This document shows positions 1-12,016 of a stretch of 64,000 nt of DNA, in pieces. Position 1 is the first letter of the stretch; every line of letters begins with the position of its first letter. Below the pieces are notes generated by a model. The model ran no database searches and was not told the DNA's origin. It worked only from the letters and a program-made list of their open reading frames with translations. Origin of the DNA: an uncultured Planctomycetaceae bacterium (GTDB lineage Bacteria > Planctomycetota > Planctomycetia > Planctomycetales > Planctomycetaceae); NCBI GenBank assembly GCA_963813715.1, contig CAWFAK010000005.1:960001-1024000 (forward strand), given 5' to 3'. Position numbers and translations under genes: made by a program.

Positions 1-3000
1 CGACCTGCGGCCCGATCAGTGCGTCCTGGCGGCCGACATTGTGTGCACGGCCAGCGGTGGATCGGTTTTCTCGGTGACATTCGAGCTGCCGCAGGCGTGG
101 GACGTCACCCAGGTGGAAGCCGTCGTCGATGCGTCGCGGATGATCGACGAGACGACGCGCACGGTGGGCGACCACAAGCGAGTGAAGATCGACTTCTTCC
201 GGGCAGTGACCGATCGCGAGCCCAAGCGGTTCCGCGTGAAGGCATCGCGATCGTTGCCGCGATCGGGTGAATCGATCGATGTGCCGGTCATCGATTTCCC
301 CGGGTTTGCGTCGCAAGAAGTGGAGACGCTCGTTGTTCACGGTACTTCGATCGAGCTGGCGTTGAGTCCGGCCGACGCTTTTGCGGCGTTCGATCCAACC
401 GCCATTCTTTCGGTGCTGGCCGACTCTCCGCTGCGACCCAATCGGTCGGTCGGCAGCGAAACGCATATGCTCGCCAATCGTTGGACGGGGCAGAGCGCGA
501 AGGCCGCGGATTACGCTGCGGCGCGGCGAAGCGCTGCTGGCGGCCCGCGTACGAGACTCCGTCAACGTCGGTGCCGCGCAGCAAATCTCTGAGCGAGTCG
601 ATGCGACGATCGTTCCGGCGTCCCCCGTCGATCGGGTGCTCGTGTATTTGTCTGCCGAGGGCCCGCAATTCTCTTGGAGTCTGTTGAGCGATCCAAAACG
701 CCCGCTCGAAGGGGCGCGGCTGTCCACGGCCCGACACGCGGAATGGAACCTGCCCGAAGTGGGCGAACTCTGGGAGATTCGACTGCCCGAACCACTCCGC
801 AAGGAGTTTCGACTCGAAGGCACGCGCCGCAGTGGTGCGCTCGGCGGCGCACGGATCGGCGTGGCCTTCGTCCCCGGCGCGATCACCTTCGAGGGAACGG
901 TCGAGCTGCACTTGCAGGAACCGGAGCAATTCGACGTCGAAACTCGCGAGTCGCAGGCGCACCTCATCGAATTGCCTGGACACGCGCGGGACGAACGGCG
1001 AGCGCTGCGCGAAGCCTCCTCCCCTGAAGTGCCGGAGCACTCCCAGTCGGTCGCGTCCGGGACCGGCTCGGAGACAGCGAAAAGCCGCAAGCGTCCCGGC
1101 CTGCGTGTGTTTCATTACGACCGAGCAGCGGACGTGCTCATCGTGCGGCCGAAGCCGAGCGCCGTCGCCAAAGGAGGGACGCGGTTTGTCTCGCTGGAGG
1201 TGACGTCGTTTCTGAGTGCGGGGGGAATGGACGACCTGCATCGCGCCCAATTCTCCATTGCTCCGGAGCTTGCGCCCCAACCCTTTCACTTTCGTCTCGC
1301 TTCCGAATGCCGGCTGGGCTCGGTTGCCGTGAACGGTCGACTCGTGCGCGTGCGGCGTCGCGGCGATGACGTCACCGTCCCGGCGCTGCCTGCCGACGCT
1401 CGGAACCGCGTCCACGTCGAATACCGGACGTCCGCGACGTCCCGGCTCTTTCGCGAAAAACGGCCCATCGACGTGCCCCGGGCCGATGCGGACGTGTTGA
1501 GCTTTCGCTGGCGTGTCTACTTGGCGCCCGGCCTGCAGCCCGGCACGCCACCGGCGGGACTACGATTCGAACAGGGGCTGCCGTCGTTCTCGTGGGCCGA
1601 GCGGCTGTTCGGGCCGCTTGGTCGCTCGGCCGCTCAAATGCGACTCTCCTCGTTCAAACCGGACGCCTGGATGGTCGATCTGGCGGGGGCCGATCCGGAG
1701 CCAGAGGGTTGGACGCCGACCGATCGAGAGCCGGCGCCGGCCGGATGGTCGAGTTGGGACGCCTCGACTGAGGATATTCCTGCAGAGATTAGTTTGACGA
1801 TCTGGCACATGTCCAAATTCCGGACCTTGACATGGATCGTCTGTCTGGGCTGTTTGAGCGTCGGCTTGGCCCTCGCGCAACTGGCTCCGCGAATCGCCCG
1901 CCGGATCGGGTTGTTCACCCTTGCCGCGGCTGCTGCTCTCGCCGTCGCGGCGCCCTTTCCGTACGCGCTGTTGGCGGGAGCCTGCGTGTCAGGAACGCTG
2001 ATCGCGCTCTTGCTGTCGCGACCGTGGACGAGAATTGCCGCGTCGCCACCGTCGAGTGAAAAGCGATCGCCGCGACCGGGGAGCACGGTGAGTTACGAAT
2101 TGAGGACGGTCAGCGTCCTGCTGGCGCTGGCGGCTCTGGGTACGATGGTCGCCTTTGCGCAAGAGGCACCGCCCGCGCCGCGCAATGCCCAGACGGCGCA
2201 GTCGTCGAGCGACGCACGCCGGCCGCCCGCGCCGGCCGACAATGAATTGCTCATCGTGGTCCCGGTTCACGCCGGGCGCGGCCTGAATGGGTCGGCGGCC
2301 CGGCTGCCGGCCGACGACGAACTCGTCTACGTCGAGCCCGCCGCCATCGACGCATTGCGCCGCCGGGCTGCGGAAACAGAACGGAACGCAGGCGTGATCT
2401 TTCTCTCGTCCGACTACACGCTCTCGCTCGACGAGCGACAGCCGGCAGCGATCGAAGCGACCTATCGCGTCGCCGTGATGCCGGGGCCCGCGCGTTCGCT
2501 GTGGCTGCGCCTAAGGGATGTGACGTTGGCCGGAGCCAACGCGTGCCGCGTCAACGGCCGGCCGGTGCCCATTCGTCAAGACGCAGCGGGCTTCGTCGTC
2601 ATGCTCGAACCCGGCGTTCCATCGAGGCCATCGCTGGCATCGAGCCAAGCCGTGTCGGCACCTTCGCCGCCTTCCCCATCGGGTTCGCGCCGCGCGATCG
2701 CCGCGGAGCGACCCGTTTCGTCGGCCGACGCGGCCGAGCCTGTGTGCGCGGGCGAGGGGCCGCGGAGTTACGAAATCCAGCTCGCCTGTTTCCCGAATGG
2801 CGACGCTAAGCCCGGCCAGTTCGCATTCCGAGTTCCAGAAACGATGCGGACAAGCGTGCGCGTGGGACGCGGCGGTCCGTCGCAAACGGTGAACGTTGAG
2901 ACGGCGGAAGGTCTTTCTCGCCGCGTCCGCCCGGGCGATCCGTCAATTGATGTCGGCCAGACCGATCGCTTGCGGATTCAATCCGGGCCGGTGACGGACG

Positions 3001-5222
3001 GAGTTAACGTGCCGCTCTTGGCGCAGGCGGTGCAGTTCTGGCGATTAAGTCCCGGCCTGATCGAGATGGACTGCCGCGTCACCTACGACCGTGAGAACGG
3101 CGGGAGCGACAAATTCACCTGGCTCGTTCCGGCCGGCGCGACGGTACGAACCACGGGGGATGCCTATCGAGCGGCCCTCCGCACGGCGCCGCACAAGAGC
3201 AGTCCAACCACCGGCTCCAACCCGCCGCAATCCGGTCGTTCCACCGAGAGCGCGAAGGGCAACGCCGAGTCGCTCGTTCCGCTCGATTTTGACTGTTCGA
3301 CGGCGCCCGACGGACCGGTCACTCTTTCGGCAACGCTGCTGTTGCCGATGGATCCACGCAACAGCGCGAGTGGCGCGCCTGCCTTCCCGGTGTGCTTGCC
3401 ACGCTTCGATGGCGCCGCTGCGGATCAGCCGGCGATCGCTATGACCACGAACCAGGTCGGCATCTCGGCGGCGGCCGGTTATCGGGTCACCGCGGCCACG
3501 ACTGATCCCAATTTGGCGCACACGCAGAAGGCCGATTCGGCCTTTCGCCAGGAAGCGTTCGGGCGCGGAAAGAACCCGATCTAATCTTTGATTGTCAGAG
3601 CCTGCCAATGATATCGCTGCAACTGGCCGCGGTGGTCCCGACACACAAGGTGCGGCTAATGGCGCACGAGGCGCGCATTGCCCCCGACCGAATTCAGTGG
3701 CAAACGACGGCGGAAATTCGCACCGAAAATGCCCCGGCCTTCGTCCACGTGCTCCGCGTCGATCGCCGTCTCAAGATCGATTCGATCTCCGTCCGCGAAG
3801 ACGACGTGGAGCGACTCGTCCGCTTCAGTCAGAGCGGCGACGAGGTGACGCTTTTTCTTCGCGACCGAGCGGCCGCGACGCAGGACCTGGTGCTCACCGC
3901 TCATATGCCGCTCGAGCTGGGGCGACCGCTCAATCTTCCGAGCGTGACCCTGGTGCATGCCGTCGTCGCCGATGTGCGCCTGGCGATCGCACACGATCCG
4001 AAGATCGACGTCACAATGTCGGACGCCCCAGGTGTCGTCCGCTTGAACGGCGAATGGGGCACTGCGGGCCAGCGCGGCGACGCCGGAGCGGCTGATCGCG
4101 CCGAATACTCCTTGTCGGCGCAAGCAGCCATGCCCGAGATTCGGGTGACCCGGCGAGCCGAATCGGTCAAGTCCGGCGCAGGCGTTGCGAAGAACTCCAG
4201 TGCAAAGAGCCCGAAGCTCGCCGCCGCGTTGCCTGAGCAGTTGGCGAAATCGACCTCGACCGCGCCTCGGGTCACAAGCGGAGTCACGACGCTCACAGCA
4301 CCTCTGCCCAACTCGCCCGCCTCGAACTCGCCCACGTCCGGCATGCCCACGCCGAACTCAACCGGTCAGAAGCCCCGAGTCGAGGTTGTTGCGAACCTCG
4401 AGCTGCGCCGCGACGGCCCGGCGGTCGGCTCGACGCACGTGTTGTTGGAGCGTTTTCCCGAACCGTCGCTGCGGCTGTCTTGGCCGCCAAACGCTGTGCT
4501 GCGTGGGGTACTCCTCGACGGACACCCGGTTCAACCCGTAATGGGGGCCGACTGGATCTCCACTCGCGGTCCCCTCGGAACCGGCACCCCACCACGTTGC
4601 CGTATACTGGGAAAGCCGCGAGGCGTCGACCTTGCCGGCGATTGGCAGAATTCACGAGCAGTTGCCCGCGCCGACCGACGGCCTGACGAGCAGCGTACTG
4701 CTTTCCGTGACGGCGCCACCCGATTATCGCATCTTGGTCCCCGCGCACCTGGCACCTCTCGATCCGACCACCTTTGCGCACCTGGGCCAGGCCGTCCGGT
4801 CGTCCGATGGCAGTGCGACGGACGGCGTGGAAGCGATTCACCCGAGTCCGTCAGAGGGAGTGACCGACAACCGCGTGATCGGGCGCCTGGGAATCGGGCC
4901 AGCCGATGCTCCATTTTCGGCCTGGGTGCTCGATACCACCTGGCTCCGCCTGCCACTCGCCGCGGCGATTTTCGCACTCGTCGCAGCGACGGCGCTGCGT
5001 CCCGCGAGCGCTAAGGTCGGTAGGTGGATCTTGAACCACCCCCCGCTGACTTTGGCGCTGGTCGGTCTCGTCTGGTGGTTGTGCCTTTCGCCGCGTGCTG
5101 TTGGTCCGCTCGTCCTGGTTGCCGCTCTGGGTTGGCTGATCATCCAGTTGCGCCGCAAGTCGACGTATGCGGCGCCGCAGCCCAGCACGCTGCATCTCCC
5201 GTCCGGTTCGGGCGTCCGCTGA
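1..5222 (+). CDS. Large planctomycete-type membrane protein of unknown function (5'-truncated; split by ~3 apparent frameshifts)
   Basis: Consecutive + strand ORFs 41-592, 381-3584, 3608-5014 and 4632-5222 read as one protein across frame switches. Hydrophobic helices near 1830-2160 and 4940-5150. No recognisable catalytic motif. Confidence 0.6.
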
Positions 5223-5357
5223 TTCCTTGGAGCGAGGCGTGTTTTAGTGGGCCACTCCGCCCAGGCCGCCATCCCGCGCGCGGCCTGCAAAGCGGGCGCA
5301 ACTACCCAAATCGGGCCAGTTGCAATCGCTCCAAAAAGGCCCTAAGACTAAGGCACC

Positions 5358-6594
5358 ATGGCACGCATCAACGATCACTACCTCAAACTCCCGGCCGGCT
5401 ACCTGTTTCCTGAGATCGGTCGACGCGTCGCGAGCTTTGCGGCGGAGAATCCGCAGGCCGCGGCGAAAATCATTCGCATGGGGATCGGCGACGTCACCGA
5501 GCCGTTGCCGCCGGCCGTGATCGAGGCGATGCACAAGGCCGTTGACGAAATGGGCCGACGCGAGGCCTTTCGCGGCTACGGACCCGAGCAGGGTTACGAC
5601 TTTTTGCGAACGGCCATTGCCGAGAACGATTACCGCGCGCGGGCGTGCAGGTTTCGCCGGACGAGATCTTCGTCTCCGACGGATCGAAGTGCGACACCGG
5701 CAACATCCTCGACGTCTTCGGGCCGGAAAACGTCGTGGCCGTCACCGATCCCGTCTATCCGGTTTACGTCGACACGAACGTGATGGCCGGCCGCGGAGGA
5801 CGGCTCGACGACTCGGGTCGATTTTCGGACCTGGTCTACTTGCCGGTGACGGCTGAGAACAATTTCGTCCCCGTGCTGCCGACGCGGCACGTCGATCTGA
5901 TCTATCTTTGCTACCCGAACAATCCCACCGGCACCGTGGCCACGCGCGACACGCTGACCCGCTGGGTCGACTACGCAAAACAAAACGGCTCGATCATCCT
6001 GTTCGACGCGGCCTACGAAGCCTATATCGCCAGCCCGGGAATTCCCCATTCGATCTTCGAGATCCCCGGGCGCGGGACGTTGCGATCGAATTTCGCAGCT
6101 TCAGCAAGACGGCCGGCTTTACCGGGGCGCGCTGTGCCTTCACCGTGGTGCCGACGTCGCTGGTCGCCGACGCGGCCGATGGGTCGAAGGTCGAACTGCA
6201 TCGGCTCTGGAGTCGTCGGCACTCGACCAAGTTCAACGGCGCTTCGTACGTGGTCCAACGGGGGGCCGAAGCCTGCTATTCACCCTCGGGAAAAGAGCAA
6301 CTCCGCAAAGTAATCGACTTCTATCGCGGCAATGCCGCGCGGCTGCGAGAGGGGCTGACGGCGCTCGGCATGACAGTATTCGGCGGCGTCGATGCTCCGT
6401 ATGTCTGGCTCAAAACGCCCAACGGCCTGAAGAGTTGGGAGTTTTTTGATCGGCTGCTCGCCACCGCCCACGTCGTGGGAACGCCTGGGAGTGGCTTCGG
6501 ACCCAGCGGCGAAGGCTATTTCCGCCTGAGTGCCTTCAACTCGCGTGAAAACGTCGACGAAGCGCTCTCCCGCATGCGGCAAGTTCTGGCCTGA
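5358..6594 (+). CDS. dapL: LL-diaminopimelate aminotransferase (2 apparent frameshifts, ~5640 and ~6065)
   Basis: Motifs [60 protein letters not shown] (PLP lysine) and TPGSGFG spread over ORFs 5358-5783, 5645-6313 and 5908-6594. Confidence 0.95.
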
Positions 6595-6789
6595 ATAAAG
6601 CCGTCAAATCCGGCCGGCTCGGCCCCCTTCGATCGACGAATCCGGCCGGTCTTCGGCCGCCCATCCGGTACGATCGAGGCCCGACACGTCGCCCAGTCCC
6701 CGGCATTCTTGTCGTCCTGCGGCATCCGCGTATGATTGAGCGGCGACTGGCCCTGCGCTGCGAAACTGTCCAGCGGAGAATGGCGTCCG

Positions 6790-7410
6790 ATGCAAGTTGT
6801 TCTTGAACCGATCAATGGGAAAGGCCTCAAAATTCCCATTGATAAGGCGATCATCTTCATCGGCCGCCACCCCGATTGCGACATCGTGATCACTCGCAGC
6901 CGCACGATCTCGCGCAAGCATTGTGCGATCGTCCAAGTCAACGATTCACTGGTGCTGCGCGATCTGGGGAGCACCAACGGCGTGCGGGTGAACGGCAAGC
7001 GCGTGAAGAAAGAGGCCCGCTTCACCGCCGGCGACACGGTGATGTTCGGCGACATCGAATACAACGTCAGAAAGATCAAGGCGATCGAACCGGAAAAACG
7101 GGCCAACCGAGACCATCCGCAGGACGCGCGAGCCGGCGGAGCCATCCCGCTGCGTGCCGAAGTCGCCGTCCCGGCGGACGACAGCCAGGAAGTGCCCATC
7201 CCGGTCCGGGATGACGAATCGTTCGAGGGAGAAGAGTCCACCAGCGACACGCCCGATTCGATGGTCGAAATGTCGCCCGATTCGCTGCGTCGCAGCGCGC
7301 CGGCGGCCGATTCGCTCCCGCTGTCCTCGCCGCGCAAGTCGCCCAAAGGCAAAGGGCCGGCTCCTTCCGCGGCACACGACGAAGACGATTCGATTCCGCT
7401 GGCCGAGTGA
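6790..7410 (+). CDS. FHA-domain protein with acidic low-complexity C-terminus
   Basis: FHA signature IGRHPDCDI...ISRKHC...DLGSTNGVRVNG. ATG at 6790. Confidence 0.9.
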   Translation: MQVVLEPINGKGLKIPIDKAIIFIGRHPDCDIVITRSRTISRKHCAIVQVNDSLVLRDLGSTNGVRVNGKRVKKEARFTAGDTVMFGDIEYNVRKIKAIEPEKRANRDHPQDARAGGAIPLRAEVAVPADDSQEVPIPVRDDESFEGEESTSDTPDSMVEMSPDSLRRSAPAADSLPLSSPRKSPKGKGPAPSAAHDEDDSIPLAE

Positions 7411-7472
7411 CGGCAACGCTTGCGTGATCACTGTTGAGTGCCCGACGACCTGTGACCTTCGAGGAGGCTCGC

Positions 7473-8850
7473 TTGGCAAACATCGAACCGGTCGATCGCT
7501 TCCTGGACCAGAACGGGGCGCGCTTCGTCGATGAGCTGAAGGAATTCCTCCGCATTCCCAGCGTGAGCGCGAATCCCGCCCACAAGCCGGACATGGAGCG
7601 GGCGGCCGAATTCGTCCGCTCCCAGCTCGAGCAGGCGGGCGCCAAGGCCCAAATCTTCAAGACGGCCGGGCATCCGATCGTCTACGGAGAGACAGAAGGT
7701 GCCGAAAACGGGCTGACGGCCCTGGTGTATGGGCACTACGACGTGCAGCCGCCGGAACCGCTCGACGAATGGATCTCGCCGCCATTCGAGCCGACCGTTC
7801 GCGACGGCTACATCTACGCCCGCGGCGCCACCGACGACAAAGGGCAAGTCTTCACGCACATCAAGGCGATCGAGGCCTGGAGCAAGACCGTCGGCCGCCC
7901 GCCCGTCAACGTGAAGTTCGTGATCGAGGGGGAAGAAGAGGTCGGCAGCGACAATCTCGATATCTTCCTGAAGGAGCAGAAGGACCTGGTGAAGTGCGGC
8001 GTGGCGGTGATCAGCGACACCAGCCAGTACGCGCCCGGCATCCCCGCAATCACTTACGGCCTCCGCGGCATTCTCGCCTGCGAGATCGTGCTCCACGGCC
8101 CCAATCGCGACTTGCACAGCGGCATTTTCGGCGGCTCGGTCGCCAACCCGTGCAACATGCTGGCCCGGCTCGTCGCCAAATTGCACGACGACAAGCAGCG
8201 CGTGCAGATTCCCGGGTTCTACGACGACGTCCTGCCCCTCACGGCCAAGGAACGCCAGGAATTCGCCAAGCTCAAGTTCGACGAAGCGGCGTATCTTGCC
8301 GACCTCGGTGTACCGGCGGTTTGCGGCGAAGAGGGCTTCACCACGATCGAGCGGCGCTGGGCCCGTCCCACGTGCGACGTCAACGGCATCTTCGGCGGCT
8401 ACAGCGGACCCGGTCCCAAGACGATCGTGCCTTCCCGTGCCACGGCCAAGATCACTTGCCGGCTGGTCCCCAATCAGCAGCCGGAGAAGTTGTTGGCGTC
8501 GATGCAGAAGTTCCTCGTCGCCAATTGTCCGCCCGGCGTGCGGCTGGAGTTCAAGCCTCAGCATGGCTGCATCGGAGTGGTCATGGACTCCGAGAGCCGT
8601 TACATGAAAGCGGCCCGCGAGGCGATCGCCGTCGGCCTTCGGCGCCCAGCCGGTGATGATCCGCGAAGGGGGCTCGATCCCCGTGGTGACGACCTTCCGG
8701 GACGTCCTGGGAGTCGATACACTCCTCCTGGGTTGGGGCCTCAATTCGGACAATCTGCACAGTCCGAACGAGCGCTTCACTCTTGCCGACTTTCACCGCG
8801 GCACCAAAGCCAGCGCCCACCTGTGGAACGAGCTGGCTCAGCAACATTGA
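7473..8850 (+). CDS. M20 family dipeptidase (ArgE/DapE-like); frameshift ~8640
   Basis: Motifs [38 protein letters not shown] and NLHSPNE. GAGGAGG RBS precedes TTG 7473. Confidence 0.9.
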
Positions 8851-8998
8851 ACCGACGCCGCGGTGCATCAAACAGAACCTGACGACACGACGGGAGGGCG
8901 AAGCTCCCGCTGGACCGTCTGGTGACGGACCCAGCGGCGCTGCGACCGGAGCTTCCGCTCTCCGATCCGCCCGCCGCTGATTTCACGGAAGGACCGGG

Positions 8999-10280
8999 AT
9001 GCTCGATCTGCAGTTCATTTGCGAAAACCAGGCGCTCGTCGAGGAAAACTGCCGCAACCGGGCCGTCCCCGTCGATCTTCCGCGGCTGGTCGACCTGGCT
9101 CGTCAGCGGAGCCACCTGATTGTCGAGGGGGACAAGCATCGCCACGAGCAGAAAGAAATCGCGGCCCAAATCCCCAAAATGTCCGACAAGGAGAAACGGC
9201 AGACGCTCATCGATCGAGGCAAGCAGCTCAAGCAGCTCGTCGCGGAGAACGAAGCCACGCTGAAAACGCTCGAAGTGCAGCTCCGCGAGCTCGAGATGCA
9301 GGTCCCCAACCTCACGCATCCCGACGCACCCGTGGGAGCGGGCGACCAGGGCAGTCGCACCGTCCGCACCTGGGGCGAAAAACCAAGCGTTCGATTTCCA
9401 GCCCCGCGACCACGTCGAGCTGATGGAGCGGCTGGACCTCGTCGACCTGGAAGCCGGCGCCCGGGTAGCCGGCCACGGCTTCTACTTCCTCAAGAACGAG
9501 GCCGTGCTGCTGGAGCTCGGACTCGTGCAGCTGGCGCTCGAGAAGCTGCGGGCCGCCGGCTTCACGCTCTTCACCACGCCCGACCTGGCCCGGGACGAAG
9601 TGCTGCAGGGGATCGGCTTTTTGCCCCGCGGGCCCGAGGCGCAGATCTATTCGATCGAAAAAACCGATTTGAGCCTCGTCGCCACCGCGGAGATTACGCT
9701 GGGCGGCTCGCGAAAAGACGAGATCCTCGACGTCACCTCGCTCCCCCTTAAATATGCGGGGCTATCCCACTGCTTCCGCACGGAAGCCGGCGCGCACGGC
9801 AAGGCCACCCGCGGCATCTACCGCGTGCACCAGTTCACCAAGGTCGAAATGTTCGGCTTCACGCGACCGGACGTGGCTGTCTCAGACGCGTTTTTGGAGC
9901 AAGTTGTCGCGATCGAAGAGAACCTGTTTCAGACGCTGGGCATTCCCTATCGCGTGATCGACACGTGCACGGGAGACCTGGGCGGTCCCGCTTACCGCAA
10001 GTTCGATCTGGAAGCCTGGATGCCCGGACGAAACGAATTCGGCGAAGTGACGTCCGCCTCCAATTGCACCGACTACCAGGCGCGGCGGCTGGGCATCCGG
10101 TGCAAAGGGGGCGACAAGAAGGGGACGCAGTTCGTCCACACGCTCAACGGCACGGCCGTCGCAGCCACCCGCGCGATTATCGCCGTCCTCGAGAACCATC
10201 AGGAGGCGGACGGTTCGGTGATCGTCCCGGAAGCCCTCCGCAAATGGGTCGGGCAGGATCGCATCGTTCCTCGCGCCTGA
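8999..10280 (+). CDS. serS: Seryl-tRNA synthetase; frameshift ~9385
   Basis: MLD N-terminus with coiled arm and PNLTHPDAP. Class II motifs ATAEI, CFRTEAG, YRVHQFTKVEMF, SASNCTDYQARRL and HTLNGT. Confidence 0.97.
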
Positions 10281-10327
10281 GCAATCCCTCTCGCGAGTTT
10301 CTCCTTGTCGGCGGTTTGAGTTTCGGC

Positions 10328-10831
10328 ATGTCGACGTTCGCGAAACGTTTTTGGGTCAAATGGACGGCGGCGGTCGTCGTCGCGATCCTTCTGGCCGGAA
10401 CAATCGTGTGGTGGATGCGGCACTGCCCGGCCGACCTCGGCACCTTGGTCGAGATCACCTGCTCGCACCAGCCCGGCAATCTGACGGACGACTACTCCTG
10501 GGAAATGACCGTGGCGGCCGACGGAAATGGCACCCTCGTCGCCAAAGACGTCTCACGCACGATCTTCGCCGGCAAGATCATGCAAGAGTTCAAAGAGACG
10601 CTCGACACGCTGCGTCTCTGCGATCTTCCGGCGCAAGTCGGCGACCCGGTAGTCGATGGAAGTTGGGATTTGATGACGATCAAGATGACCCACTTCGAGA
10701 AGACCATCGACTTCGGCTACGTGGCCCCCGATCGCCAGCTGGATCGCGATGTCGTCGAGGCTCAAAAACTGCGGCTGCTGGTGAGGAGAGTGGCCAGAAG
10801 TGCGACTTCAATTCCCGGACCGCAGCCATGA
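10328..10831 (+). CDS. Hypothetical protein with N-terminal membrane anchor
   Basis: ATG 10328 followed by a hydrophobic segment (WTAAVVVAILLAGTIVWW). Fills the gap between serS and a convergent gene. Confidence 0.6.
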   Translation: MSTFAKRFWVKWTAAVVVAILLAGTIVWWMRHCPADLGTLVEITCSHQPGNLTDDYSWEMTVAADGNGTLVAKDVSRTIFAGKIMQEFKETLDTLRLCDLPAQVGDPVVDGSWDLMTIKMTHFEKTIDFGYVAPDRQLDRDVVEAQKLRLLVRRVARSATSIPGPQP

Positions 10832-10897
10832 TCGCACGGCACCTGAGAGCGTGCGGCGAGTTGCTGGAGTCGACCGCCCGGTTTGGCGTGGCCCGGG

Positions 10898-11908
10898 TTA
10901 TTTGTCCCGCAGATCCCAAGCGGTGTCCCATGCCATCGAATCGCGCTTCAGCTTGAGTTCTTGCGTCAGCCGGCGGTCGAAGTCGGGCATGTGGGCTGCG
11001 CCATAGAAGATGGCGATCCGCCGCGTCCCCTTGTCGATTTCTTTCTTGAGCACGTTCATCGCGGCCGTGTTGCGGTCCTGCACCAGGATGGTGTCGAGCG
11101 TCGCGCCGAGACCCGTCCCCATGCCGCCGAGCAGGTCCATCTGTTCTGCGAACATCTTCTTGAGGGCCAGCGGCCGGTTCGGGTCGAACATGGCCGAAAG
11201 CAGCTGCAGCTCGCTGAATTCGCCGCCGCCTTTCTTGGACGCGGCTTCCGAAACGCGGTTGGCCTGGCTGAGCAGGTCGAAGAACACCTTGATGCCGATC
11301 GACGCGCCGTTATCGCCCCGCTTGCGGATGGCGGCGGCCATTTCGTCCGGGCTCAGGTCGGCGTGCTCGAAGTTCTTGGCCGTGTAGTCGATGGCCTTGA
11401 GCTGATAGTCCAGGTCCAGCACGCTGGGCAGCGACTGCTGCAGCATGCCGATCGGATGATTGCTGCGGTGGTCGCCCAGACCCTTGAGCGATTGGCCTTC
11501 CGGCATCACCAGCTCGAAGAGCACCTTATCGTAGCCGCGGAACCGTTCGTTGAGCCGGTGATAGTAGTCCGTGTCGCCGATGTGGATCGCGCCGATCAGG
11601 TCGACCGTGACCGGCTTGCCCTCGGTCGAAACGTAGTGTCCGGTCGCCGTCTCCAGCGCGAGCGGACGATTCTTGGAATCCCGTCGCACGCGCATGAACG
11701 CCAACGGGTCGGCCGCGGACGCTTTGTCCTTGGATTTGCTCGCGGATTTGTCCGCGCCGGTTTTCGCGGTCGCCTGGGTCGGCCCGCTTGCCTTGGATTT
11801 CGAAGCGGCGGGTGGAGCGGTCGGACCGTCGGCCAGAACCACCGTCGGAACCACGCACGACGCAATCGCGATTGTGGCCCACGCCACTCGACGAAAGTTA
11901 TTGATCAC
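10898..11908 (-). CDS. Secreted protein, TraB/GumN-like family
   Basis: Signal peptide and low-complexity linker. Motifs LIGAIHIGD, VLFE, DRN and FYGAAHMP resemble the TraB/TIKI metal-binding pattern. Confidence 0.65.
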   Translation of the reverse strand: MINNFRRVAWATIAIASCVVPTVVLADGPTAPPAASKSKASGPTQATAKTGADKSASKSKDKASAADPLAFMRVRRDSKNRPLALETATGHYVSTEGKPVTVDLIGAIHIGDTDYYHRLNERFRGYDKVLFELVMPEGQSLKGLGDHRSNHPIGMLQQSLPSVLDLDYQLKAIDYTAKNFEHADLSPDEMAAAIRKRGDNGASIGIKVFFDLLSQANRVSEAASKKGGGEFSELQLLSAMFDPNRPLALKKMFAEQMDLLGGMGTGLGATLDTILVQDRNTAAMNVLKKEIDKGTRRIAIFYGAAHMPDFDRRLTQELKLKRDSMAWDTAWDLRDK

Positions 11909-12016
11909 GGCAAGCCTCTTTCCTCAGGGAGTACCGAAACACTACCATTCTCCGGTCGCGTCGGCCGAACGTCCAGCCACGCGTTCTCGCTTTTGTGCCG
12001 GAAACTGCCCGTGATC

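Noticed and set aside
5358..10280. Programmed frameshifting or pseudogenes in dapL, the M20 peptidase and serS
   Set aside because: No consistent slippery site or stimulator, and the same pattern occurs across the whole window. Sequencing error is more parsimonious.
10883..12016. 874-aa ORF suggesting a MalQ with a long N-terminal extension
   Set aside because: The extension is the antisense shadow of the 10898-11908 gene. MalQ homology starts at ATG 12017.
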